From Gnetum montanum (lineage: Eukaryota > Plantae > Gnetophyta), in NCBI GenBank assembly GCA_015680685.1, contig MNCI01001559.1:260807-324806 (forward strand): 64,000 bases of DNA. Direction: 5' to 3'. The translations under genes and the position numbers were made by a program. Positions 24,347-36,199 of the stretch are shown one piece after another (the first letter of the stretch is position 1; each line of letters begins with the position of its first letter). The notes below the pieces were generated by a model. It was not told the origin of the DNA. It ran no database searches and saw only the letters and a program-made list of their open reading frames with translations.

Positions 24347-26194
24347 AACAAGTAGGATTAATAAATATTTTTTATTTTCTTTAATTTTACAACTTTTTGT
24401 TTTTCAGTTTTTCGTTTTTCAATTTCTTGTTTTATCTTTTTGTCCTTTTACGTTTTTTATAAGTAATCTCATCTATGAATAAAACACCCATGTGGATTGT
24501 TGGTTGAGGTGTGTTTTATGTTTCAAGTCGTGAGCGATCAATTATTTGGACAGTAAGCCCATTACAGCCACTCATCCACTCTACAAATAAGAGGTTCTGT
24601 TCGAGGGTACAGTGATATTCTTGACATTTTTTAAAAAACTTAAAATTAATTTTGTCTTCATTGTACCCAGAATGAAGAAGGATGGACCAAGAGGAAATGA
24701 TTAGGGTGTGACATCAAAGGGACTTGCGGATTTTCTTTGGTGACATCTGTGGGAGTTGTCATGCAACGTGGTTGTACTAAGATCCTTGTAGATCTAACGA
24801 AAAATGGGAGTAAGAGTAATCAAAAGGGCACTAAAAAATCCAATGTTGTTCTAGGAGGTCCCACTGGAAAGACATGCACCTATGCCTAAAGGTTGGTGGC
24901 TTCTTTGGATTCAGTATTAAAAAAAAAAAAAGAGGAAGTGCCACAAAACAAAAATCAATCCTCCCTTGAATAAAACGCCAAGTGATTGTATGCCTTGTTG
25001 TTATGGTACTCTCATAGTTGTTCATCATGGGATGAAACAATGCAATGTCATTGATTAGAGGAATGAACTTGGTCTTGATCTTGGAATGATGGGTTAATGA
25101 CACCTTAATCATGCTTTTCACGCAGGATTCACTGTGTCCTGGTCAGTTACCTCATGTCCCAATCTCTACAATTCCTTTCTATAGTTCGTCTCATCTCACT
25201 GTTCATGTAATTGTAGCTCATGTCGTGTGTAACATAGAATTCTTACCTCATTCCGGTGATAATTACATGTATGTGTTTTGTGAAATCAGTGCGGATTACA
25301 TTTAACCCTTCTAGTACCCATGGACACTTTAAGTGTGGTTACACAAGGGCATTATAGGTTGAAACCTACTTTGGGGAGGACCCACTTGTGTAATCTTTTG
25401 TAATTCTCACTTATGACATAGCTCACAAACACCATTTCTTATCCTCAGCATAGTTTTCAAATGATTTTCTTTCCCTACTACTATCCCTCCAAATAATAAC
25501 GTTCATGTGTACCATTACATGACCTTTTTCTCTCACTTACCACCCAAGGTCCTCATTGATAAAACCCATAGATCATTATTCGTGCCTTCAAACCCATCTA
25601 ATTACCTTTGACTCCCTTGACAATAGCCTAATGTCCTAAGTTACATCGTTGATTTCAAGAAAATCTTCAAAAATTCAGTATTTTATTGTGGTGCCTAATG
25701 TCACTAGGGCCATGATATTGCGTACGTGATATTACTACCGCATCATTTCTTACCATTCACGCGGGGGAGTTTTCAAATTTTTTCTTTAAGACTTGCGATT
25801 ACGTGACCCTTGCTTTCATATTCATATCTAGCTCGCTGGTGCTTCAATTTTAATTCCATCTAAACCAGCTTGAACCCGGAGTGTTCAGCTTAGTTGTGGG
25901 GGAGGGATACCTGCCGAATAGTGCCTAACTTTTTTGAAATTTATCACCACCCAAAGGACATTATTAAGGGTAATTAGTTGTAAATTAAGAATAAAATATG
26001 CCAAAAAATCATTTAATCCTTAGGTACACCAGGAAATTAAAATTGGAAACCACCTAAGTAAAACAGACTCATTATTACAACCTTTCGAGAAACATTACAC
26101 GGAAATTAAACAAATTAATTAATTAAGGCAAGTAGTAAGCTATAACTCAATTTCAAAAACAACCTTACTAACACTTGGCCCCGTGTGATTGCAG

Positions 26195-28970
26195 ATGGTC
26201 CCGAAACGTGGACAAAAGGAAGGTCCTACTCAAGGTGGAAGCAAACGACCTAGGAGAGGTGGAAGACAAGATCCTGTTGGACAACATGCAAAATAGGAGG
26301 AAAAATCATTTAGTGTTCATCAAAAAGATCCTCCTACTATACAGTTTGGGCAGGCAGAAGGAGGAATTACTGCAGCGCCTAAACAAGGACAATATCTCAC
26401 GTTGCCCCAAGATTGTGTTCAGGTCATCCATGAAAAGTCCACATTCGCTGCGGTGATTGTGGAGTTAAACTTTGAATCTTTTGCAGAGTTTACTCCTGAG
26501 GCTGTTAGGGATCACCTCAAAGGGTCTCCCTTATGTCCTACCCTCTCTGAAAACGATGCCTGGTACTTAGGGGAGACATACCAATTTTGGCACAACAGAG
26601 AGCAAGGCACCACTATCAATATTTTTGGTGTGACAGTTGATTTCTCCGCATAGGCCATTTTGGAAGTGTTAAACCTTCCGAATACAGGGCTCAAGGTTGC
26701 TTAGTTATCCACCTGTTCAAACCCCGATGTGCGATGGGATTGGTTGGAAAGGGCTTATGGCAGAGATAAACATTTGGTGAGTTGATGATAGAAGAGAGGA
26801 TCTACTTCAAAATTGGAACATATCACCTCTTTCCCACGAAGTGCTTAAAAAGAATATCAACGTATGTGGCAAGAGGATGTGTAGTGCTAATGGAAAAGGT
26901 TAATGCTAACCTACCCCATCTATATTTAATGGAGATCCTGATGTGGTTCGAGGAATGGAAGACAAGGAAGCTTGCCTTGCCTTTCCCTTGTCTTATCAGA
27001 AAGCTATGCCAATGTGTTGGTATCAAAGGATACACTAATGATGTCATTTGAAAATCCCAAACTGCTTCATATGCTGAATTGTTAAAGTTGCCAGCTCCAA
27101 GGAAAATCACTGGCGAGACGTTGGAACTAGAAAAAGAAGAAGAACATACAGCTAGACCAACTACAACTCAACTTGCAGGACCCAACCAACCTCCAAGCAT
27201 AGGACCTAGCCAACAACATGAAGTAGGGCCTAGCACAGGCCAGGATTAGCCACCACTGCAAGACTACAGACCATCGATGAACCATCTCAAGGCCATCGCT
27301 GAGATAGTCAATTGGGAAGTCGTGATGATGCAAATATCTTCTGCATCATTGATGATGCCATTAAACCCATTGTTTCTTTGGATTGCATAAGGGGTGAAGT
27401 GTCTATTCATATAGGGGTAGGGGAAAGTGGTTGGTTACAACAGATCTCAGGAAACGTGACATCTTTCCAAGTGCAATTAGAAATTGGTGAAGGGGCCACT
27501 GTGGTGGTCATGCAACACCAGGATGTCATGAGAGCCATAGACGTGGTTGCAGACCACATCAAAGAATCATTCAATGTATCTGTTGTACCACCGGAAAATC
27601 TCACAAGAGCACGGGATGCTCAAACTTTGGCTGAAACCTCAATGACTCCTGCAGAACATGAGGATGCACTTGATTGATTGCTCCAAATAGGACAAGTAAT
27701 GACGTCCCTATTTGACATCCCTCAAGATGTTACGACAATTCAATCAGACCTCATTTCCATGAAGGGGAAGCTAGTCTTAACAGAAGTGAGGGCTGAGCAT
27801 GTTGAAGCAGAAGTGTAGAAATTACAAGAGTAGCTTGTGGCCCTACAAGCAGCACAGCGGGACCCATTGCAATTTGTTCTCGCAAACCAGCTAGATAATT
27901 TCAGAGCTGAGCAACTAACCAACCTATTAATGGAGAATAAAAAGGTGGTTGAAGAAAAAGAGAAGGCTGTTTTGGATGCCTTCATAGCACAGGTGCAAAA
28001 TCATGTGCATTTCAAAGCACTCAACGCCTTACAGGAAGAAAATAAATAGCTTGTTGCTGACAACCTTCAGTTGACCTCTGTGGAAAAGCAAAAGAATGTT
28101 CTCGAAGAACATTTTCATCAATTGCGAGAACAATTCATCCGGGTCAACCAAGACATAAGTTGTTTAGCCAGGGAGAATCAAACCCTCTCAATGGAGGAGG
28201 TGCATGCAATTCATCAAAAAATAGCCATTCAAATAAGCGCGTGGAAAAATAAGGCTAAATAACATGAAAAGCTACAGGAGCACTTCTGAGATTAGGTGGG
28301 GATGTACAAACAAATCCTTGAGAAGGAGATCCATATGGCCAAGGCCCATATCAACGCTATCAGTGCTCAACACACTGATTGGCGGGCCATATTGGACACA
28401 TATGTCTTTGCCCACAAAGCAGAAGTTAAGAACTGGGACCTGCAGATTCAGGATCTGATAAAATACATGGAGTTGGCAAACCTGCGGTATGCCAACCTTG
28501 CCATGTTAATAGCAAGGCGTCCAAGGATAAAGCTTGAGTAGCAGGTAGCAACCACCTATGTTAAATATGAAGCAGAATTTGCAAAACACAAGAAGTTATT
28601 GGAAAATTGGAGATCACAAATTCTGAACTTGAGGTGATGAAAGCAAGCTACCAAGGCCAAAAAGGTATCGCAATAGATTTGGCTTGATGGCTAGCAGATT
28701 TCCAAGAATACAAAGATAAAGCCAGAGCCTACGAAGAAGAATGTCGGGTATTTGTGGCTTGGTATGTCAATACCAATTAAATGTTTCCACAACTACCCTG
28801 CTCGTGGGAAGTGCTGACTCCATCAAACATAGGAACATTAGCATGGATGGCACAAGATCCTTAGACCGAAGAGGATAAGCTCCAGGCCATACTCTAATGC
28901 CATCAAGTTTGGAGCACATGACAAAAGGAAAGCACCAATGGAGGAGCCACCGCCACCAGGAACTACATGA
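26195..28970 (+). pseudogene. Athila env-like/accessory ORF ('putative plant transposon protein'-like domain plus coiled coil), disrupted
   Basis: ATG directly after TACTAAC..TGATTGCAG. MVPKRG..SKRPRR, TYQFWHN..TINIFGVTVDFS, LALPFPCLIRKLCQCVGI, a long E/K/Q/L heptad-rich region, ends PMEEPPPPGTT*. Confidence 0.8.
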
Positions 28971-29135
28971 GTTCCTCAAATTTTGTAGTTGTAGCACATT
29001 CTTTGTGTTGTGTCTTTGTTTTGTTTTCATTCCACACTGCAGCATAATCCCATTTTCACCATCTAATAATCCCATATCTATCCATTGTGTAATCACTGTA
29101 ACTTGAGGACGAGTTTTCATTCAGTCATGGGGGTA

Positions 29136-29965
29136 TGATGAGTCGCATTTTGGGCGACCACGATATCACAGCCCAACTGCGATATTGCAGCCCAACCGTG
29201 ATATCGCATATGCGATATCGCAACCTATCTCCTCATCTATAAATAAGAGGTAGACAGAAGAGTTAGGGATATAGAGTTTTAGAGTTAGTTTTGATTTTAG
29301 TTTTCATTTTTCCTCTCAACCCTTTTCCTCTCTATGTATGCCCGTAGTGTGATGAATGTAATTGTACGACATCCTTTATTCGAGTGTGACGTACTTGGAC
29401 ACGCACATGACCGGCAATAAAGATCAAGATTACTTCATTATTGTAGCATTCACTTAGTTTAATCATTTAATTAATTATTATTTACTGTTTCCCTAGTTAA
29501 TCTCTTCTCACCCTTAAACTCATGTTAACCGTAGAATGAGTACAACTTGATTACAAGCATTTAAGTGTGACTACCTGGTAACCCAGTAGTGTACCTAGGA
29601 TCTGTGCTTGGTAATCCTAGTGGTAGTCGTGCACGAAGTCCAAGATGTGTATGGATGATCAAGGAACGAATGCTCATCGCACTTAGGCTAGTTTAGATTC
29701 TCTCACCCTCTCTCTCCTAGATTAGTGAACATTACTTTCCATTGCCTTCAGGAGTAGCATTAGATTAGAAACACATCACACACCTCACTCTGGACTAAAC
29801 CATATGTGACAAAGAGAATACTAGTCCAAGTGGGAAGATAGCAAACTACGACCTAAGGCTAACTGTCTAGATGCCACAACTAGTCCGTCTACGAAGTTCG
29901 ACCGGATCATGCGTATAGCACTTGTATTTGTATGGTTGAGTGTAGAGGTACCTCACCACTCATCA
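29136..29965 (+). repeat. 3' LTR of element 2
   Basis: Direct repeat of 21439-22244, preceded by PPT. Confidence 0.95.
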
Positions 29966-32900
29966 CTACTGAAAGGTTCAGGATCATCTAGAAGGCATCC
30001 AAGCCTTCTGGAAGGGAATAATTGGTTGAAGTTTGTGGCTTTTAGAAGGTAGGATCATTCAATAGCAAGTGCTACATAAATTGTAAGGTAATGTAACTAG
30101 CACCCTTCCGAAGTCCCAACTATAAGGCATTCAAATTTTTTTGAAGGAAATAATTGGTTGGAGTTTGTGGCTTTTGAAAGGTAGAGGACCATTCGATAGT
30201 AAGTGCTACATAAACTATGAGGTAGTGTAACTAGCACACTCCCACAATCCCAACTAGAAGGCATTCAAACCTTCTAGAAAGGAATAATTGCTTAGAGTTT
30301 CAGGTTATCGGAAGGTAGAGGGACATTCGAAAGGTTGAAGATTATCTAGAAGGCATCCAAGCCTTTTAGAAGGAAATAATTGGTTGGAGTTTGTGGCTTC
30401 TGCAAGGCATAGGATCATCCAATAGCAAGTGCTACGTTAACTGTAAGGTAGTGTGACTAGCACCCTCTCGTATTCTCAATCGGAAGGCATTAAAACCTTC
30501 TAAAAGGAAAAAATTGCTTTGAGTTTGAGACTACCAAAAGGCAAAGAATCATCCAAAAGGCTAAAGATTGTTCAGAAGGCATACAAGATTTCCAGAAGAG
30601 AATAATTGGTTGGAGTTTGTGGTTTCCAAAAGGTAGTGGACCATCCAATAATAAGTGCTACCTAAATTACAAGGTAATGCAACTAGCACCCTCATATAGT
30701 TCCAACCAAAAGGCATTTAAACCTTCCAAAAGGAAACAATTACTTAGAGTTTGAGGTTACTAGAAGGTAGAGGGTTATTCAAAAAACTAAAGATCATCAA
30801 AAAGGCATCTAAGCCTTTCGGTAGAGAATTATTGGCTAGAGTTTGTGGCTTTTAGAAGGTAGAGGGCCATTCGGTAGCAAGTTCTACATAAACTGTGAGA
30901 TAGTATGACTAGCATCCTCTAGCAATTCCAACCAAAAAGGAATAATTGCTTGGAGTCTGAGGCTATTGGAAGGTAGAGGGTCATTCAAAAGACTAAAGAT
31001 CATCCAGAAGACATCTAGCCCTTTTGAAAGGGAATAATTAGCTAGATTTTGAGGCTTCTAGAAAGTAGAGGGTCATCGGATAGCAAGTGCTATGTAAACT
31101 ACAAGATAGTATGAATAGCACCCTCCCATGGTCCCAACCGAAAAGCATTCAAATATTTCAAAAGGGAAGAATTGCTTGGAGTTTGACCTTACCGAAAGTT
31201 AGAGGATCATATGGAAGGCTAAAAGATCATTCACAAGGCATCTAGGCCTTCCAAAAGGGAATCATTTATGGCTTATAGAAGGTAGAGGGCCATTTGGTAG
31301 CAAGTGCTATGTAAACTGCAAGGTAGTGCGACAAGCATTTTATCATAGTCCCAATCGAAAGGCATTCAAACCTTTTGAAAGGGAATAATTAGTTGGAATT
31401 TGTGGCTTCCAAAAGGAAAATGTCCATCTGGTAGCAAATGCTACGTAAACTGTGAGGCAATGCAACTAGCAACCTTCCGCAATCTCAACCAAAAGGTAGA
31501 AGGGAACAATTGCTTGGAGTTTGAGGCTACCATAAGGCTAAAGATCATCTAGAAGGCTAAACATCATTCATAAGACATCCAAGCCTTTTGATAGGGAATA
31601 ATTGGTTGGATTTTGTTACTTCCAAAAGGCAAAGGGTCATTTGGTAGCAAGTGCTACCTAAGTTATAAGGTAGTGTGACTAGCACCTGCCCATAGTCACA
31701 ACCTGAAGGCATTCAAACCTTCTAAAAGGGAACAATTCCTTTGAGTTTGAGGCTACTAGAAGGCTAAGGATCATCCAAAAGGCTAAAGATCATCCAGAAT
31801 GCATCTAATACTTCTAGAAGAAAATAATTGATTAGAGTTTGTGGCTTCGAGAAGGTAGAGGATTATTCAATAGCAAGTGCTATGTAAACTATGAGGTAGT
31901 GTGTCTAGCACCCTCTCATAGTCCCAACTAAATGGCATTCAAACCTTTTGGAAGGGAATAATTACTTGGAGTTTGAGGTTACCAAAAGGCAATTGGTCAT
32001 TTAGAAGGCTGAAGATCATCTTGAAGGCATCTAGGCCTTCCAAAAGGGTATAATTGGTTGGAGCTTTTAGCTTCTAAAAGGTAGAGGACCATCCAATGAC
32101 AAGTCCTACATAAACTACAAGGCAGTGTGACTAGCACCATCCCATGATCCTAATCGAAAGGCATTCAAACCTTCCAAAAGAGAATAATTCCTTTGAGTTT
32201 TAAGGCTATCAAAAGGATGAGGGTCATCCAAAATGCTAAAGATCATCTAGAAGGCATCCAAGCCTTTCAAAAAGAAATAATTGATTGGAGTTTGTGGCTT
32301 CCAAAAGATAGAGGGTCATCCAGTAGCAAGTGCTATGTAAACTGCTAGGTAGTGTGACTAGCACCCTCTTGCAGTTTTAATCAAAAGACATTTAGTCCTT
32401 TCGGAAGGAAACAACTACTTAGAGTTTGAGGCTATTAGAAGGCATAGGGTCATCCAAAAGGCTGAAGATCATTCGGAAGGCATCTAGGCCTTCTAGTAGA
32501 GAATAATTGGTTGGAGTTTGTGGCTTTTGGAAGGTAGAGGATCATTCGGTAGCAAATGCTACGTAAAATGCAAGGCAATGCAACTAGCACCCTCTCACAG
32601 TCCTAATCAGAAGATATTTAAACCTTTTAAAAGGGAACAATTGCTTATATTTTGAGGCTATCAAAAGGTAGAGGGTCATCTAAAAGACATCCAGGCCTTC
32701 TAGAAGGGAATAATTAGTTGAAGTTTATGGCTTCTGGAAGGTAGAGGATCATTCAATAACAAGTGCTACGTAAATGCAAGGGAGTGCAATGAGCACCATC
32801 CCACAGTCCCAATAGGAAAGCATTTATACCTTCTAGTAGAGAATAATTACCTAGAGTTTGAAGCTACCAAAAGGTAGAAGATCATTTGGAAGGTTGAAGA

Positions 32901-33120
32901 TCAATTAGAAGACATTTAGACCTTTTAGAAGAAAATAATTGATTAGAGTTTGTGGCTTTTGAAAGGCAGAGGCTCATTTGGTAGCAAGGTGTAGGTAAAC
33001 TATGAGGCACTACAACTAGCACCCTCTTAGAATCCATATTGGAGGGCATTAGAACCTACTAGAAGGGAACAATCTCTTAGAGTTTTAAGATACTAGAAGG
33101 TAGAGGGTCATCTGAAAGGT
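29966..33120. repeat. 226-bp satellite (array 1), right part, ~14 units
   Basis: Period measured 30295 to 30521 = 226 bp; same unit as 19700-21438. Confidence 0.95.
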
Positions 33121-34596
33121 TGATGTTGCGGGTTAGAGCTATTCATAACCTTCAAAAATTATTGCATAAAGATACTGCTAATGTAATTTTTTTTTTTGTT
33201 TAGTCTCTTGTTTAAAAAATATATAAAAATTGAAATGCTATTTCATGCATTTGGATGTTTAGCTTTTTCTCTTATGGTTTCCTGATAATGATACATTGTA
33301 AAAAGTCTATGTAAATGCACATCTTAAGATTGTAGAGCCATGATTTTAAAAAAATGACTAGAAATGATGATTAAGAGAATGAAATATAGAAATTTATGAA
33401 ATTTTATTTAATCACAATTTCTCAAATACTCTACCCACAAAATCCCTAAGGTTTTTTAGAAGTGTAATAATTTCATGTGGTTCAGTTATTGAAATTAAGA
33501 AAATATCTTTTGTAAAATATAAATACATTGATGCATAAATTTTGAAACTAAATTATTCTTATCTTCTTAAATCATGGGTAGCTTTGGGCCTTTCAATGTT
33601 GGCTTCTCTAATTCTTAATACCTTTACCTACTCCTTTAATCTTTTTTATAAACAACATAGGCATCTAGTAGAATGTCCAAATTTTTTCTTTGATGTTGCT
33701 AAAGCATAATATAACTCTCTCTAAACTCAAGACACCTATGGTCTAAACTCTAGAATAAAAATAATTTTTTGGTCCATGGCATAGTCTTGTGATAGTATTT
33801 GTTGCTAATTGGTCCTATGATACTCTAATTTGCTTTTCAATTGCTTCCAAGTTTTCTCAAAGTTTAAAGGTTATTCTTATAAACTTGTGTACTTTCTATT
33901 TTTCATTGGATTGATTAAGATTAGTAAATTTTAATTTAAAATTCATAGATGTGTAAGTATTTTATGTTGTTCCTAAGGTTACTTGGGAGCATGTACAAGT
34001 TTACAATCATGGACTAACATTCAAGTTTGGGGTATTTCAATAAGCATTAGAGATGATTTTAAAAAAAGATAAAAAGGAATAAGTCTTAAGCCATAGAAGT
34101 TAATGGTAATACAATATATCCTTTGACTATTCCATAAGATAACCTTGCTAAATTTTTGAAATTACTTGTAATGTTGTGGATCTGATCTGCTTGAAAAATT
34201 ATGTTTCCTATGATCTTGTTTAATAACAGTATCATTGAAGTGACACTTCCAAAATTTTAAGCTTTGAAATAAATAAAATAGTCTTGATCAGACAAAATTA
34301 AACTATAAGACATTTTCCTGGAATCATTACAAACACAACATTGGTCTTGTAGTTCTCTGCTAGTATTAATATGAATCTAAACATTTTCAAAAATATTGTA
34401 TTACATTATTTTAAGAAATATAAACATGAGATGAAACAAATTTTCTAACCCCCCAAAATGTGCTTAATATCAAATTTATGTTTCAACATGTTTAACATGA
34501 TTTTAATGTAACACAATCCTCACAATGAGAAGAAATGTTTTTTTGTTTTAAAAATAAAATCCACAATGAATGAGGCAATGATTTCTTCTAGATAAC

Positions 34597-35050
34597 CACT
34601 ACAAAAAGGTAATAGAAGCAAAAGATTTTAGATAAAATGACATAACCAACTGTGAGAATGAGTAGGCCATTGTCCATAACTACATGTCTTTTATATTAGG
34701 ATAGAAAACCACTTAGAAATCAAAGATTCTACTCTCTTTATCACCTACTAAATTTTTCCTGTGTTTCTTTCTCCTCTCTTCATTCCTTGTATTTTAATTT
34801 GAAACCAAACCTTCTTTATATAAAATTAACAAGGTTGTCGTCACATGTAACAAGTTATAACCTGCAAGCTGAACAATGTTTTAGAACAACCATTAGGAGA
34901 AAGAAAATATAAAAAAATTGTGACTCACATGATGGTCACAATCTAGATCAGAAAAGCATAAATAATAGTGCGAGGAAATTGCGACTCACATGTCAGTCGC
35001 AATCTAAAGAAAAAGGACAAAACCTGTGTGATGAAATTGCGACTCAATAT
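34597..35050 (+). mobile_element. Possible CACTA-like left terminus with a subterminal TGCGACTC motif cluster
   Basis: CACTACAAAAAG at 34597; tgtgactcacatg..ggtcaca, tgcgactcacatgtcagtcgca and tgcgactcaa at 34919-35048. No matching right end with TSD confirmed. Confidence 0.35.
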
Positions 35051-36199
35051 AGATTTTATGTGATAGATTCTAACTTTATTATTGGATCTGGATTTGAGCT
35101 ACTCAGCAAGCATGAAGAGGAAGACAAGGGATCCTAGTTCTTGATAATCATAAATGCCCACATTGCCTACCACTATAGCCAGAAAAGAGTCATCCTTCAA
35201 ATTTATTGAAGAGAAATAGAAACAGAAAATGCTCATAACATTTTGTGGTGGGTGGTGCCTGTGATTAGCATAAGGATATTTATGTCTAGAATGTAGCCTT
35301 TGAGCACCATAAAGCTTTTGACCACAATTAGTGAAAGTCCTGTGGCCATGGCCCCCAGGCCCATCCACTTGAGCAGCGTGAACTAGAAACTACCAAAACT
35401 CATTGCTAAGAGCACCCCTGACACTATTGTGCATGGACTTAGTCATTTTTTGCCAATTTTTAGCTTCCCACAGACCTTGATACTTGTGTCTAATCTTTCT
35501 TGGTTTAGGGCTCTCGCTGAAACATAACCCACAAAAACAAGCCATCAATCTTAAAATTTAGAGACAAAATTCATTAAAAACCTAGAATTCAACCTAATAA
35601 AAAACTAAGCAAATTTCAGCAACAAAGAAAACTATGTGAGTAATGGCGTTGTGGAGCAAAGTTTAACATGCAAGGAAAAATGGATATGCAATGGTGTTGC
35701 TAAGGAGAGATGCTGGCTCTAGGAGAATGAACGAATGATGCGGAATGGAATGGTGAATGGTGAATGATGCTCAAATTTTACAGTGTGTTGTAATATATGA
35801 TTTATAATGCGCATATGCACATATGGCCTAGCTTATGATGCCTAGGCCATGATATTCATTTGGGAAAACATCATGCTTTGGTATGAGCAATGCATGACCA
35901 TAGTAGGGCCATAGGCCTTTTATTGCCTAATGGGAAAAATTATAACTTTTGCTATCAGACCTAGTTACCTCTATTCTCTTTAGGATATAAATGAATCTAT
36001 GATATGATTGGTGGCCATTCTCAACATGATGTATGTAAAGATGAAATCATGATTGGCATGATGATGTTTGTTTTACCATTATGGGTATTCCATCTTGCAT
36101 GTATCAACATGATGAAATGTTAGCCACATTTCCTCACAACACAAATTGTGAGAATGGGCCCAACCATAACACATGGAAAAATAGGACTTTCAAAGTTCA

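Larger units (their letters stand above)
21439..29965 (+). mobile_element. Non-autonomous Athila-like Ty3 LTR retrotransposon (element 2, 8.5 kb, no pol)
   Basis: LTRs 21439-22244 and 29136-29965 (TGATGAG...CTCATCA). TSD CTACC/CTACT, PBS TGGCGTCGTTGCTAGGGA, PPT CATGGGGGTA, gag plus full-length env-like ORF. Confidence 0.95.

Noticed and set aside
26175-26456. Overlapping 93-aa ORF at the start of the accessory gene
   Set aside because: It has a TTG start upstream of the splice acceptor and two stops in the element 1 copy. The ATG-26195 frame is the one continuous with the conserved domain.
19700-33120. CRISPR array or repeat-protein (LRR-like) gene in the 226-bp satellite
   Set aside because: There are no unique spacers or cas genes, the context is eukaryotic, and the period is not a multiple of 3, so any frame shifts each unit.
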